This document shows positions 11,869 through 22,570 of a stretch of 44,262 nucleotides of DNA, one piece after another. Source of the DNA: Octopus bimaculoides (taxonomy: Eukaryota); assembly GCF_001194135.2 (NCBI RefSeq), contig NC_068982.1, positions 107,613,713 to 107,657,974 of the forward strand, in the 5' to 3' direction. Under the pieces are notes generated by a model. It was not told the origin of the DNA. It searched no databases and saw only the letters and a program-made list of their open reading frames with translations. Position 1 is the first letter of the stretch. Each line of letters opens with the position of its first letter. Position numbers and translations under genes: made by a program.

Positions 11869-12036
11869 GGTGAGGCTCTACGACAGAGTCTGTTGACAAA
11901 ATATTATGGCAAGGATTATTTTCGAACAAGGCGAGAGAGTATTAATGCCAATTCACCACAGATGAAAAGTTTAGGAATTGTTGGACCAGGTTCTGTAATG
12001 GTCAGCCGAGCTGAAATGACTCTCCATGAAGTTCAA
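11869..12036 (+). CDS. ITPR: ITPR exon (window exon 1): GEALRQSLLTKYYG...RRESINANS...SRAEMTLHEVQ
   Basis: ttgcag acceptor, GTTAGT donor, 168 nt, phase 0-0. Matches the vertebrate ITPR1 GEALRQ...RRES...SRGEMSLAEVQ segment. Confidence 0.93.
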
Positions 12037-12076
12037 GTTAGTATTTATTTTTTATTTTAACTTTTACTTCATCAAA

Positions 12077-12292
12077 TCATCATCAGCATCAGCATCATTT
12101 AACATCCATTATCCATGCTGTCTTGGGTTAGAGGGTGTGACCAGAGCTGGCAAGCTGTGTGGCTGCACCAGACTCCAGTCTGATTTGGCATGGTTTCTAC
12201 AGCTGGATGCCCTTCCTAATGCCAACCATTTTACAGAATGTGCTGGGTGCTTTTATGTGGCACCGCATGGGCACTTTTACATGGTGCCACAC
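12077..12292 (-). mobile_element. RTE-tail repeat (3' UTR fragment)
   Basis: catcatcagcatc..tttaacatccattatccatgctg..ctggatgcccttcctaatgccaacc, antisense to the copies at 33150-33366 and 38865-39120. Confidence 0.8.
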
Positions 12293-12677
12293 AATAGTTT
12301 CTATTATATTTTGGGGTTTTGTATTTAAGATAGATGCTTGATATGGTGCAGTAGTCAGAATTTACACTTTCAAAGAACTGTTGGTTCTTCAAATGTCAAT
12401 AACATTTATTGTATTTATTTGGATAAAAGATGCCTGGGCATATCAGACACACCCTAAATTCAGCACAGTATATTTAGGAAAAAATGTTTCTAGTGTTTTA
12501 AAACCTATGAGAGGCCCAACTTTGCATATAGGATTCAGGATGACTTTTGAGATTTTTTCCTTTTTTTTTTTTTTTTTTGGTAAAAAGGTGTCTTTTATGC
12601 AGTGTATTCAGGCTAAATTTGACGAATTTTATGCCTCCTTTTTCAAGAAAAATGTGATGTGTTGGAAAGCATAAAGA

Positions 12678-12731
12678 TTATAGTTGAGAAAAAGTTATAG
12701 TTGAGAAAAAGTTATAGTTGAGAAAAAGTTA
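12678..12731. repeat. Perfect tandem repeat, 3 x 17 bp (ttatagttgagaaaaag)
   Basis: Seen directly, plus a partial fourth unit (tta). Confidence 0.95.
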
Positions 12732-12734
12732 GCT

Positions 12735-13720
12735 GACATGACATGGAGAGCTGAAAGCCATTTGAACATGCCAGAAATCAAAATGCTAGCCTCATGACTG
12801 CTGCTCAATGCTCCGTGAACACTATAAAGGCTGTAAAATGTGACATGGATAGCTGTAACAAAGGATAGGGAAGTGTGTCTAGCAGGAAGGTACACAATAG
12901 GTTTTCTGACTGTCTGCATGTTGAAATTCATTCTGCAACTGCAGGACAAGGTGATGAAAAATCCAAACCAGAGAAGCCAGGCTTTGTCATGAGAAGTGGG
13001 TGTTGGAGTTGCTACCATGAAGCTGGCCCTGAATGAAGATCTTCACTACCACTCATACAAGAAACACAATGGACAAATTCTGACAGCCATGGTCAGAAAG
13101 AATTACTTGACAAAGACAAAGAAGCTCCTGAATAAGCTTAAGTATCCTGTTGAGCCAAGGATGATCTTGTTCTTCTCAGATGAAAAGAACTTCTGCCAGG
13201 ACTGGTTGCACAACACCCAGAACAACAGGTGACTTTCCTACAATCCATGTCCCACCTGTCATGTAAACCAAATTTTCTCAAACTGTGATGGTCTTTGGGT
13301 TTGTCTTCAGTGAGGATGATGTTACCCTACGTCTTTGATTAGGGCCTTAGGCTCAATTCAGACTGCTGTGTAAAGCTGCTGGAGACTGTGCTCAAACTCT
13401 AGCTGGAGGGCCATATGTGTGGCAGCAGGATTTGGCTCCTTACTATAGTCAAAATTAGTTGTCAGAGAATTTCTATGACTTCACTAGCCACAATTTCTGG
13501 CCCCCTAATTCCCCTAATTATAATCCCACGAATTAATATGTATGGAACATAGTTGAGAAAGACACCAACCACTCTACTTGCAACACCAAGGCTAAGCTGG
13601 TGGCCAAGGTCAAGGAGGTGTTTGAAGAACCTCCCAGAGACATAATTAGGAATGCATGTGCCAGGTTCGGGAGCTGTCTTGAATCCATGGTGGAAGTTGA
13701 GGACAGCTACTATGAGTAAA
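12735..13720 (+). mobile_element. Decayed Tc1/mariner-superfamily transposase, maT (DD37D)-like
   Basis: LFFSDEKNFCQD..HNTQNNR, VWQQDLAP and FWPPNSPNYNPTN*YVW (WPPNSPDxNPxDYYVW-like), ending ..VEVEDSYYE*. Stops and frameshifts present; TIRs not confidently located. Confidence 0.8.
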
Positions 13721-14128
13721 CTATTATCTCGCAGCCATAATCTAGCTATTATCTTTTGATTATTTAGAATATTTTTTTATTTTGTGGTGGGATACTGTGT
13801 TTTCTTTTCTTCATTTTATGCCAACTTTCAAATTTAACCGGGACAGCTTGTACCATCAAATATGTTAGGAAATGTCTGTCTTTTTAGGATTTATAAAATA
13901 GGTATCAGTGTCATTGAGGTTTTCTGATATGACTGAAGATTATGAGTGGCTAAATCATATTGGTATATCATTTTTTCATCGTAACTAATCATAAATCAAT
14001 TCCTTCGTCATTTCTGACTGTACTTAATCACCTTTAACTGAGATCAAAGGATTGACAAATTTCACTAAAGTTCATATAAAATTACATCTTTGTGTAAATA
14101 ATTTTGTTTTATCTTGTTCATTTTCTAG

Positions 14129-14260
14129 TGCCATTTAGACAAGGAAGGTGCCTCTGATCTTATCGTGGATCTCATTATCCAGAATGCGAGCAACCAAATA
14201 TTCTTACAGACTGTTGAACTTGGAATTGCTTTACTGGAAGGTGGCAACAGTGTTATTCAG
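14129..14260 (+). CDS. ITPR: ITPR exon 2: CHLDKEGASDLIVDLIIQNASNQIFLQTVELGIALLEGGNSVIQ
   Basis: ttttctag acceptor, 132 nt, phase 0-0. The donor is non-canonical, CAG|GCAAGC. Strong similarity to CHLDKEGAS...ALLEGGN. Confidence 0.93.
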
Positions 14261-14656
14261 GCAAGCCAGCTTATTGTATTTTTGTAAATAATTCCCTGTA
14301 ATCGAATTTTCCTTGTATTTAACATAAAGATTTATTTTGTGCGTGTGTGTATTTATATGTATATATAAATATAAATTAGAAATGGAGGTCAAAATAATAA
14401 ATTGAACAATTAAATAATTTAATCATTAAATGATAAATTCATTTCAGTTTTATTATTTTATACAAACAAATGGCACATCTAGTAAACTACAGCTGTTTCT
14501 ACACCATTAAAAAAAAAACAGGTTTTTCAAGAATAATAAAATACTGTTTTAAATATAATGAGGTTTCATCAGACAGACATGTCTTCTTAAATATCTTATG
14601 AAAAATAGCAATTGAAAATTTTCATAACTGCTAACACTTTTCAAAATAAACCACTT

Positions 14657-14660
<4 letters not shown>

Positions 14661-14692
<32 letters not shown>
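14661..14692. repeat. (TA)n microsatellite at the Tc1 insertion site
   Basis: Seen directly. Confidence 0.95.
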
Positions 14693-14695
<3 letters not shown>

Positions 14696-16216
14696 TGAAC
14701 AACAAAAGAAACCTCACACTGTAAAAGATTGTTTTACACATGATATTGAGATTATATAGATTTTATCACATTTCTGGGTAGTTTGACATTAGGAAGATAT
14801 CACTGACCCACAACACCACTCTCTTTTGAAAGCACAAGGATGGCATGTAGGGTTCAAACTCACTCACCCTTCATGAACATTGTAATGCTCATGAATATAT
14901 CTTTATGAAAAGCATGATGCAGGGTCAAAACTTTGACTCACTGAGTATAAAAGGCACCCAAATTTACCAGCCTGTCATTCGTTTCCCGAATGCAGCAAGC
15001 ATGCCTAGACTGACATGAAATCAGAGGGAGCAAGCTATTAGACATCTCCATGCTGGTCAACGTCCATGGATCATTGCTAATGACTTCAGCTGCAGTATTC
15101 AAACATTCAAACAATTGAGCAGCTGAGGAATGATACAAAGCCACAAACAGCATGGATAATTGTCCACACAGTGGCTGATCAAGGATTACGTCAAGATTCC
15201 TACCTGTATCGACAGCACTTGCAGGACCAATTCTAGAGGGCAACAGAATCAGCTAGGTAGACCATAGGGAGTCACCACAGATCTATTTGTGCAGTGACAG
15301 TTTGCCACCAACTGAGATCTTTCAATCTGTCTTGTCAACGTCCAGCTAGGAGCCCTATCCTCATAGATCGTCATCAACAGGCACATCTGCAGTGGGCTCA
15401 AAAACGTCAGAACTGGTGATATCAGCAGTGGAGGACTGTAGTCTTCAGTCATGAAAGTCAATATTGCATTTCTGTGGTAGATGGCAGAGTTTGGGGAAGA
15501 AGGTGTGAATGTCATGCTGATGGCTGTGTGGGGGAGAGAAACTCATAAGGAGGACAGAGCATCATGGTATGGGGTGAGATTGCACTCAACCAAAGACTTG
15601 GGTTGGTGGTCTTTCAAAACATTGGCCAAGGCTGGGGCAACATTGGCCAAGGCTGGGGCAACATTGGCCAAGGCCAGGGAGTCACCGTTGCTTGCTACAT
15701 CAACCAAGTGTTGAGACCTCACATTGTGCAATATTTTGTCCGTCATCGGAATCACGTGTTTCAACATGACAATGCCTGTGCCTATATTGCCAGGTTGACA
15801 ACAGACTTCCTCCAACAGCACAACATCCAGATACTGCCATGTCCTGCCCTAAGTCCAGACTTGAACCTCATAGAGCACCTGACAACTGCAGCACAACTCA
15901 CTGCAAGTTTTAAAAGAGTGTGAGCTGCTATCCCCATGGCCTTTATCAGTTGTTTGGTGTATTCAATGCACATAGGATGCCTGGCAGTAATAATCGCTAA
16001 CGGTGGTCACACAAGATATTTAATTCATCTCTTTGGATCCAGGATACCCTGTCATCACATGACACTATGTGATGTCAAACATGTTTCAGGAAATGACATT
16101 TTATCATTAGGAAAGAATGGTTTCTTAGTTAGCACTCTTCAATCAATACTATGGCAGTCCGTTAATAAACCAGTTTCTATTTAGTATATGTGTGACGTTT
16201 CTTTTGTGGTTCAATA
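14693..16216 (+). mobile_element. Near full-length Tc1-family (DD34E) DNA transposon, about 1.5 kb, inactivated
   Basis: TIRs tactgaacaacaaaagaaacctcaca / tgtgacgtttcttttgtggttcaata with TA on both sides. The transposase pseudogene runs 15001-16020: MPRLT*NQREQAI.., VFSHES, FQHDNA, ALSPDLNLIEHL, IANGGHTRY. Confidence 0.92.
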
Positions 16217-17457
16217 TATATATACATACACACGTAGAGAGGGAGAGAGAAAGAGAGGTTAATCAGAACAAAGGAACTGTGACATAGCCTTCACAAGTTC
16301 TGTAATACCAATGAAATGTTATGGTGAAGAGTATATAGGCTGTTCTTAAACATATTACTGTCTGGCTTAACTGGGTAACTTATTCCATCAACTATATTAA
16401 TACTGCTACTTGGTTTTTGGGTTCCTTTAATCAGGTATATTCAGGTGAAAGCTTTGGGACCAGGATAAATTGCCCTATTTCTCCTGCCAATTTAGGTCAT
16501 GAGTACTACTTTTCCTTCACTGATTAAGTAAATAAAAATTAGTAGTAATTATAAGAACAATAATGACATGTGTTTGAATGAGAGTAATTTTTAAATGAAT
16601 ATGAATACATTACTTTTAACAAAACGATATGTCATGGCTCAGTCTCTACAAGTTAGGTTAGTAAACTCATTGCACTAAATCACTAAAGAACTAGTTCACC
16701 ATTAGGTCATGAATCCAAGCATTGTCACAACCATTATTTCATGCTCTTAGCCAGGCACATTTCTCTTATTACCTCACTATATACACTTGTAAAAAGGTAG
16801 TATTCCAAATCTAAAGGTGAGTAATTGGTATTAGAAATACTGTGGTCAATACTTCAACCTCTGACTTAGTATCATGATTGTTCCAGGTTGAAACTGGCAC
16901 TGAGAGAGCCTGCTGCATATACTTGAGAATATTTGGATGCTGCATGATGATAATCCTAACTTATTCTAGTCCTCAATTGTGGCGTTTCTAATGTTGGTGA
17001 AAAATGAGCATTTTGTCAGGTGGTTCTCTGTAGATTGAGTTCTCAGTGGTCCATTGCTGCAAAATGCACCTCTCTCTATTGCAGTACCTTTGTGCCATGA
17101 AATCAAGATGCTAAAGCAAAGATGGTGTTAATGTGGTCATTGCAATTGATCACTACCTAAATCAATTTGTATAGAAATTTTCACTACTGACTGTGCTTCC
17201 TAGAAAGGTAAAATAGCTTGCTGTTACTAGCTTCTACCTTTTGTTGATGATGGGCTCAGGTTGTGAGGCTTGTCTTGTCTCAGGGTTTACTGGGCAGAAA
17301 CAATTTGTAGTACCTAATTTAAAAAGATGTAATAGCAGCCACTCCATCATGTAATCAGTCTGTTTCTCTTGTCTGTCCTAGTTTGATATTGTTAATATCA
17401 GATATTAAAATATTAAAATCATAGCAGTTAATTAATAACATAATGATATACTTTCAG

Positions 17458-17635
17458 AAATCTTTATATACAAGATTGACTAAAGACAAAAACTCTGAAA
17501 TATATGTCAAAGTGTTTTATGACAAGATGCGGGAAGCAGAAGCTGAAATAAAGAATACTATAATGGTTAATACCAGTGATACATTGAGCTGCAAAAAAAT
17601 AACGACCAATTCACCTCAGAAAGAATGTAATAAAG
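17458..17635 (+). CDS. ITPR: ITPR exon 3: KSLYTRLTKDKNSEIYVKVFYDKMREAEAEIKNTIMVNTSD...KECNK
   Basis: ctttcag acceptor, AAG|GTATGC donor, 178 nt, phase 0-1. Matches RL..DK.SE.FFKVFYDRM..AQ.EIK.T..VNTSD. Confidence 0.92.
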
Positions 17636-17877
17636 GTATGCAAGTATTATTTATTATTAATATATGATATAATTATTGATAATTTAGATAAGCTCTGTTT
17701 TTATATGTATGTGTGTACATATAAGTATGTGTGTGTACATCCTGACACCTCATTACCACTACCTTTTTCTCTCTCTTTCCAGCTAGAGTAGCCATGTATC
17801 TCCTCTACAGTAAGACACTGTTCCTATCATACTATTGTGTCTCAACACCTGGTATAAAATAGCTTCCTCCTTCAAAA

Positions 17878-18082
17878 CTGCTGACAGAATCATTAGCATG
17901 CTGGGCAAAATGCCTAGCAGAATTTCGTTTGTTTTTACATTCTGTGTTCAAATCCCACCAAGGTTGACTTTGCCTTTCATCCTTTCAGAGTTGATAGAAT
18001 AAGTACCAGTTTAGTCCTGGGGTCGATGTAATTTATTTACCCCTCCCCCAAAATTACTGACCTTGTGCTAAAATTTGAAATC
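17878..18082 (+). mobile_element. SINE (family B) with Nin/Deu-domain-like core
   Basis: gttcaaatccc B-box followed by gactttgcctttcatcctttcagagttgatagaataagtaccag, resembling the Nin/Deu SINE core (recalled, not searched). Confidence 0.7.
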
Positions 18083-18438
18083 GATATGTGCATACTGGTC
18101 ATCTCTGTCAAACCAGTGTCGATCTCCACATTCTCCTCTTCTGCATTATCATCTCGTCTGTGACTGCTTTAATTTCTATTTTCACTATCATTCTCATCAG
18201 TTCCTCTATCAGCATATCGTCAGCCCCAATACCATCTCTGTTGCCACTACCTCACTTCTTACTACAAATCCTTCACTTCATTTCAACAATATTAATTCAA
18301 AGTTTTATTTCCGAGAAGCAAAAGTGAAACACAGAATAAGAAAGATTTTTTTTTACACTGCCTGAAACTAGATTTATCCAGTTTTCTTTCCTTTGAATAT
18401 TCTGGAATTTCATGTCTTTTCTTTTACATTTTTCACAG

Positions 18439-18674
18439 TTAAAAGTGTTGATGGTATATCCATCATCAGTAGTGAAGGAGACAGTTCTTTAAGCCGAGGT
18501 GTTGGTCACACTGAAGAGATTGGATCTGGGGAAGAGTTTCATTCTAATAAGACAACAAGCTGGGAGGAAACAATGATACAAGATAAAAACAAAGTGTCTC
18601 CCCAGATTGCTGTACTCCAACCAATCTTGAGATTTTTACAGCTTCTTTGTGAAAATCACAACCGAGATTTACAG
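18439..18674 (+). CDS. ITPR: ITPR exon 4: (V)KSVDGISII...[28 protein letters not shown]
   Basis: Long pyrimidine tract plus cacag, CAG|GTAGGT donor, 236 nt, phase 1-0. The 3' part is the start of the RIH-associated domain; the 5' part is divergent. Confidence 0.92.
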
Positions 18675-19089
18675 GTAGGTAGCCAGTCTGATAATCAGTT
18701 TGACACTGCTTATACTGTGTAACAACATTTTATTTTTATTTTTTGTCTTTGGTCAGTAAGTGTTATTTCCTATTTGCTTCTATCTAGAAATCAAAGGAAA
18801 TGATTACTATTCCCTTCAAACTTTGCTTTTGAGACCTTGACATGAATGTTTTAAAATTGACCTATTTTCCATTACATTTCAGACAGATTCATCACTGAGT
18901 GGCTGAAGCAGAAATATCATTATAGCAAATATTCTGCTCAATACCACAGATTTGCTTATCAGTGACTTGACCATAACCATTTGAGCATGTCCCTTACTGG
19001 CTGACGACATGTGCACCTCTGATCATGAACAGGAGTAGTGGGAGAGCATCATAACCATGTGTTCAGAGGGATTCGTTGGGGTTTGAATA

Positions 19090-19982
19090 CGAGGGGTTAC
19101 CCAAAAGTAACTGGAAACGTTCTCTGTGCGACAAGCCCATTGTAGTTCAGGCTTCTACCACTGGAAGTCACTTGATGCAACCCTCAGGCATCAGTATGCT
19201 GACCATTGTTGTTAGGTGAAGTCATTCTGCCATGTAGTGCATCTTTGTTTTACAGTGCTTCTCCCCTTTTTGTTGATTTTTGCAATGGCTGAAACAAAAG
19301 AACAGCATGCTTCTGTGAAATTTTGTTTTTTGCTGAGGAAAAGAGCAACCAAAACAGTCGTTGTGCTTCAAACAGCTTACAAAGATGCTGCCATGAGCAA
19401 GACCCAGGTTTACAAGTGGTTTTCACACTTTAGAAATGATCACTTGTTGCTTGAAGACCAACTTCATTCAGGGCAACTATCGACCTCCCGAGTGAATGAA
19501 AACATCAGGAAAATTCATGAACTGATCTTGGAGGACCATCACTAAACAATTAACAAACTTGTTGATATGACTCGTGTGTCTAGGAGACCTGCCAACGAAT
19601 TTTGAGTGAGGAATTATGAATGAAATGAGTTGCAGCAAAATTTGTGCCTTGCTTGCTCATGGAAGATCAAAAGCAGTCATGACTTAATGCATGTCAGGAA
19701 CCAAAAGAACAGTTGGAAGTTGATCCAGACCTTTTTTTGAAGGTCATCACTGGTGACAAAAGCTGGTGCTACAGCTAAGAGGTGAAGAAAAAAAACGATG
19801 GAGACATTAAAAGGCATCACTTTGCAAGAGTTCCAGGGCAGTTTCAAACAGCGGAAAATGTGTCTGGACTGATGCATTGCCTCAAATGGAGAATACTTTG
19901 AAGGTGATAAAAGTGTAAACATGTAAAACTAAATGAATAAAATAATCTTGCAAAATTCCAGTTTCTTTTGATTACCCTCTTG
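19090..19982 (+). mobile_element. Internally deleted mariner element with both TIRs
   Basis: TA|cgaggggttacccaaaagtaactggaa ... ttccagtttcttttgattaccctcttg|TA. Encodes MAETKEQHASVKFCFLL..KTQVYKWF..F, AAKFVP.LL, KVITGDKSWCY, then jumps to CIASNGEYFEGD. Confidence 0.88.
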
Positions 19983-20605
19983 TAAATATAACAAAAGTAA
20001 AGTTTGAAGGAAATATTAGCCATTTTTCATACTTTCCAAGGGTAAGCAAATAGGAAATAGCATTTGCTACCCAACCCCAAAGAAATTGGGGTTTTTTTCT
20101 GTTTTACTTCTTTGTGATTGTCTTCGTTATAGAAGTTATCTTAAAAGTACAGCTTATCAGGAACAGTAGAGTATCAAACTTTATAGTATCTAGTTTTGTA
20201 GCACTAATTTATAGGTTAAAGTAATGCCAGGCTTTTCTTTGAATTGCACGTGCCATCAGTATACTAGACTAATTCAGTACCTCAGTTTCATAATCACCTG
20301 ACATAATATCATGTTTGAGGTTGCCTTAAGAACTTTTTGGTGGGAACACTGTTCTCTAATGCAATGATTAAGTGAAGATATATGCATACCTTTTTATTTT
20401 ATGTATTTATATATTTTTTCTTTTACCATTTTTATTGTTTAACAAATTGTGTTCTTTTCCAATAATTTTGCTATTAAAAATGATTTAAAATAATAAAAAT
20501 ATTCAACCAGCTATACCTAAACCCTTATTTCTTTTGAAAGAAATTATAAATGATTTCATAAAAATATCAAATTTCAGTCTAGTTTATTTTTATTTGTTCC
20601 TTCAG

Positions 20606-20806
20606 AATTACTTAAGGAGTCAGAACAACAAATCAAACTATAATTTGGTGTGTGAGACCCTACAGTTCCTTGACTGCATCTGTGGCAGCACAACAGGTGG
20701 TCTAGGTTTGCTGGGTTTGTATATCAACGAACAAAATGTCGATCTCATTAATCAAACATTGACAACACTAACAGAATATTGTCAAGGACCTTGTCATGAA
20801 AACCAG
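20606..20806 (+). CDS. ITPR: ITPR exon 5: [67 protein letters not shown]
   Basis: ttccttcag acceptor, CAG|GTAGGC donor, 201 nt, phase 0-0. Near-identical to IP3R consensus. Confidence 0.97.
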
Positions 20807-20889
20807 GTAGGCAATTCTTCATAATTTTGTAAACAAGAAGTTCCTTCAGATTCATAAGTGGGTTACTTCTACAAATTTGAATCATTAGA

Positions 20890-21300
20890 GGCACTGGGGG
20901 TGACTGTATACTTAAAAAGTTTGCTTTCCAATCACATGGTTTTGGTTTTGTCCCACTACATTGCTCCATGAGCAAGTGTCTTTCACTATAGCCCTAGGTT
21001 GATCAAAGCTTTGTAAGTTGATCTGGTTGATGGATATTGAAAGAAACCTGTTGTCTGTGTGTGTCTTTATCTTGACATCACATGATAGCTATAAGTGAGT
21101 TGTCACCATCATACAAGGAGTGTCATTCATTTCCAATACCCCACAAAAACATGTCTGGCCATAGGGAATATTACCTTGCTTGGAAACATGTGAAGGTTGG
21201 CCACAGGAAAGGCATCTATCCAATGAAAATCTACCTCAGTAAACTCCATCCAGCCCATGCAAGTATGGAAAAGGGAACATTAAAACAATGATGAAGAAGA
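20890..21300 (+). mobile_element. Old SINE: family-A-like head joined to RTE-type tail
   Basis: Diverged head (caatcacatggtttt..gagcaagtgtctttcactatagccc) and tail (cagcccatgcaagtatggaaaag..aatgatgaag). Confidence 0.7.
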
Positions 21301-21454
21301 GGAGGGAGAGAGCAGTTTCATATCTTTTTTGATTTATTAGGATGCCATTCCTAATACTAAATAAATGCTTAATCTTAAACCTGGGTGTAATTCCTATTTT
21401 CAATTTAATTTTTTTTGTCTATAAGGAAGAGAAGGAAGGACTGTTTCTATATTT

Positions 21455-21875
21455 ACAGGTCTTCCTAGACTGGTGAGAATGATTCAGATGATGTTCAGTT
21501 TGAACTTGTATAGGTTGTTGTGGGTAGCAGAGACTTAGCCACAGCTGTGGTTCCAGTGATGAAGGATTGGGAAATAGAGTGTAGTGTGGGATTTGGTTGG
21601 TAAAACAAATCCCACATGGTGAGAGAATAACAGATGGTGCATTGGATGATGTAAGTGAAAGTGGTGTGCAGCTAGCTGTTGTGGAGCAACATTTGTTACT
21701 GTTCTAGTTGTAGTAAAGGAGGAAGAAAGGGGAAGCAGTGCATTTATGAGAGAGAGTGGTTGTAGTATGTATGCTGGTAAGCAGTTAATGTTTCTGATGT
21801 ATTTTGGCCTATTTTAGCTGTAGTTTAGGTTTTTGATGTTGTTTAGCATCAGCCCATCTCCAGATGCATTTGTTC
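21455..21875 (-). mobile_element. CR1-clade LINE 3' fragment, decayed
   Basis: The minus strand loosely follows the CR1 C-terminus: .IW.G...., LQPLS...V.S...FYY..CS, SF...T..LW..L....NL..FK.NI. Several frameshifts are needed. Confidence 0.5.
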
Positions 21876-21979
21876 TTATGACTTTTTCATAAGTTATAAC
21901 TTACTTTGGGTTTTCAAAAATTACATATCGCATTATATTCTATTATATGCTAAAAATTTTTTTGGCTTTGATTTTTCAG

Positions 21980-22090
21980 AATGCAATCGCCATGCATGAG
22001 AGTAATGGAATTGATATAATTATTGCACTACTACTCAATGACATCAATTCCCTTGGCAAACAAGGAATGGGTTTAGTCCTTCGACTAAAG
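21980..22090 (+). CDS. ITPR: ITPR exon 6: [37 protein letters not shown]
   Basis: tttttcag acceptor, AAG|GTATTT donor, 111 nt, phase 0-0. Not in the supplied ORF track. Confidence 0.94.
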
Positions 22091-22474
22091 GTATTTCCAA
22101 TTTAATCTATGGTTTATCAAGTGCATTATTAACAATTTCTCATAAATTGTGCAGAACATGATTTACTTTTGCCAATAACTCTATCAAATTTTCCATTCTT
22201 ATAGCCATGCATATCTACAATAGAAATAATGAATCAAATTGCTTCAGACGTAATTTTTAAATGATATCCAGTATAATTTTCATCCCATTTCTTTTTTGTT
22301 TTGTTTTCTTTAAAATGATAACATATGGTTCTCATGATATACTGAGATAACATAAACTATAGACTGTGGTGAGTTGTTACTGAGAATTAATTTTATGACT
22401 ATGGAAGGTTATCAAAGACAGAATTTCCTTTCTCTTATGATCTCTTCCCAACATTATTTAAATGTTCTTTACAG

Positions 22475-22570
22475 GACAATGCTTCTAAATTACTCTTGGC
22501 AATCATGGAAAGCCGACATGATAGTGAGAATGCTGAAAGAATTTTGTACAACATGAATCCAAAACAACTT
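22475..22570 (+). CDS. ITPR: ITPR exon 7: [32 protein letters not shown]
   Basis: tctttacag acceptor, GTAAGT donor, 96 nt, phase 0-0. Confidence 0.96.

Noticed and set aside
15618-15680. Short direct repeats as a CRISPR-like array (also 12678-12731)
   Set aside because: No spacers, eukaryotic context, and plain tandem duplications.
16850-17230. Possible antisense RTE relic (FLGSTV-like)
   Set aside because: A single short motif with no consistent downstream frame.
18085-18350. Hydrophobic ORFs 18075-18365 and 18088-18327
   Set aside because: Compositional artefact of a CT-rich strand inside intron 3. No splice-compatible frame and no recognisable family; at most a very old antisense repeat.
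22091-22098. GTATTTCC donor as a U12-type intron
   Set aside because: Does not match the U12 consensus GTATCCTT, and I saw no clear U12 branch point.
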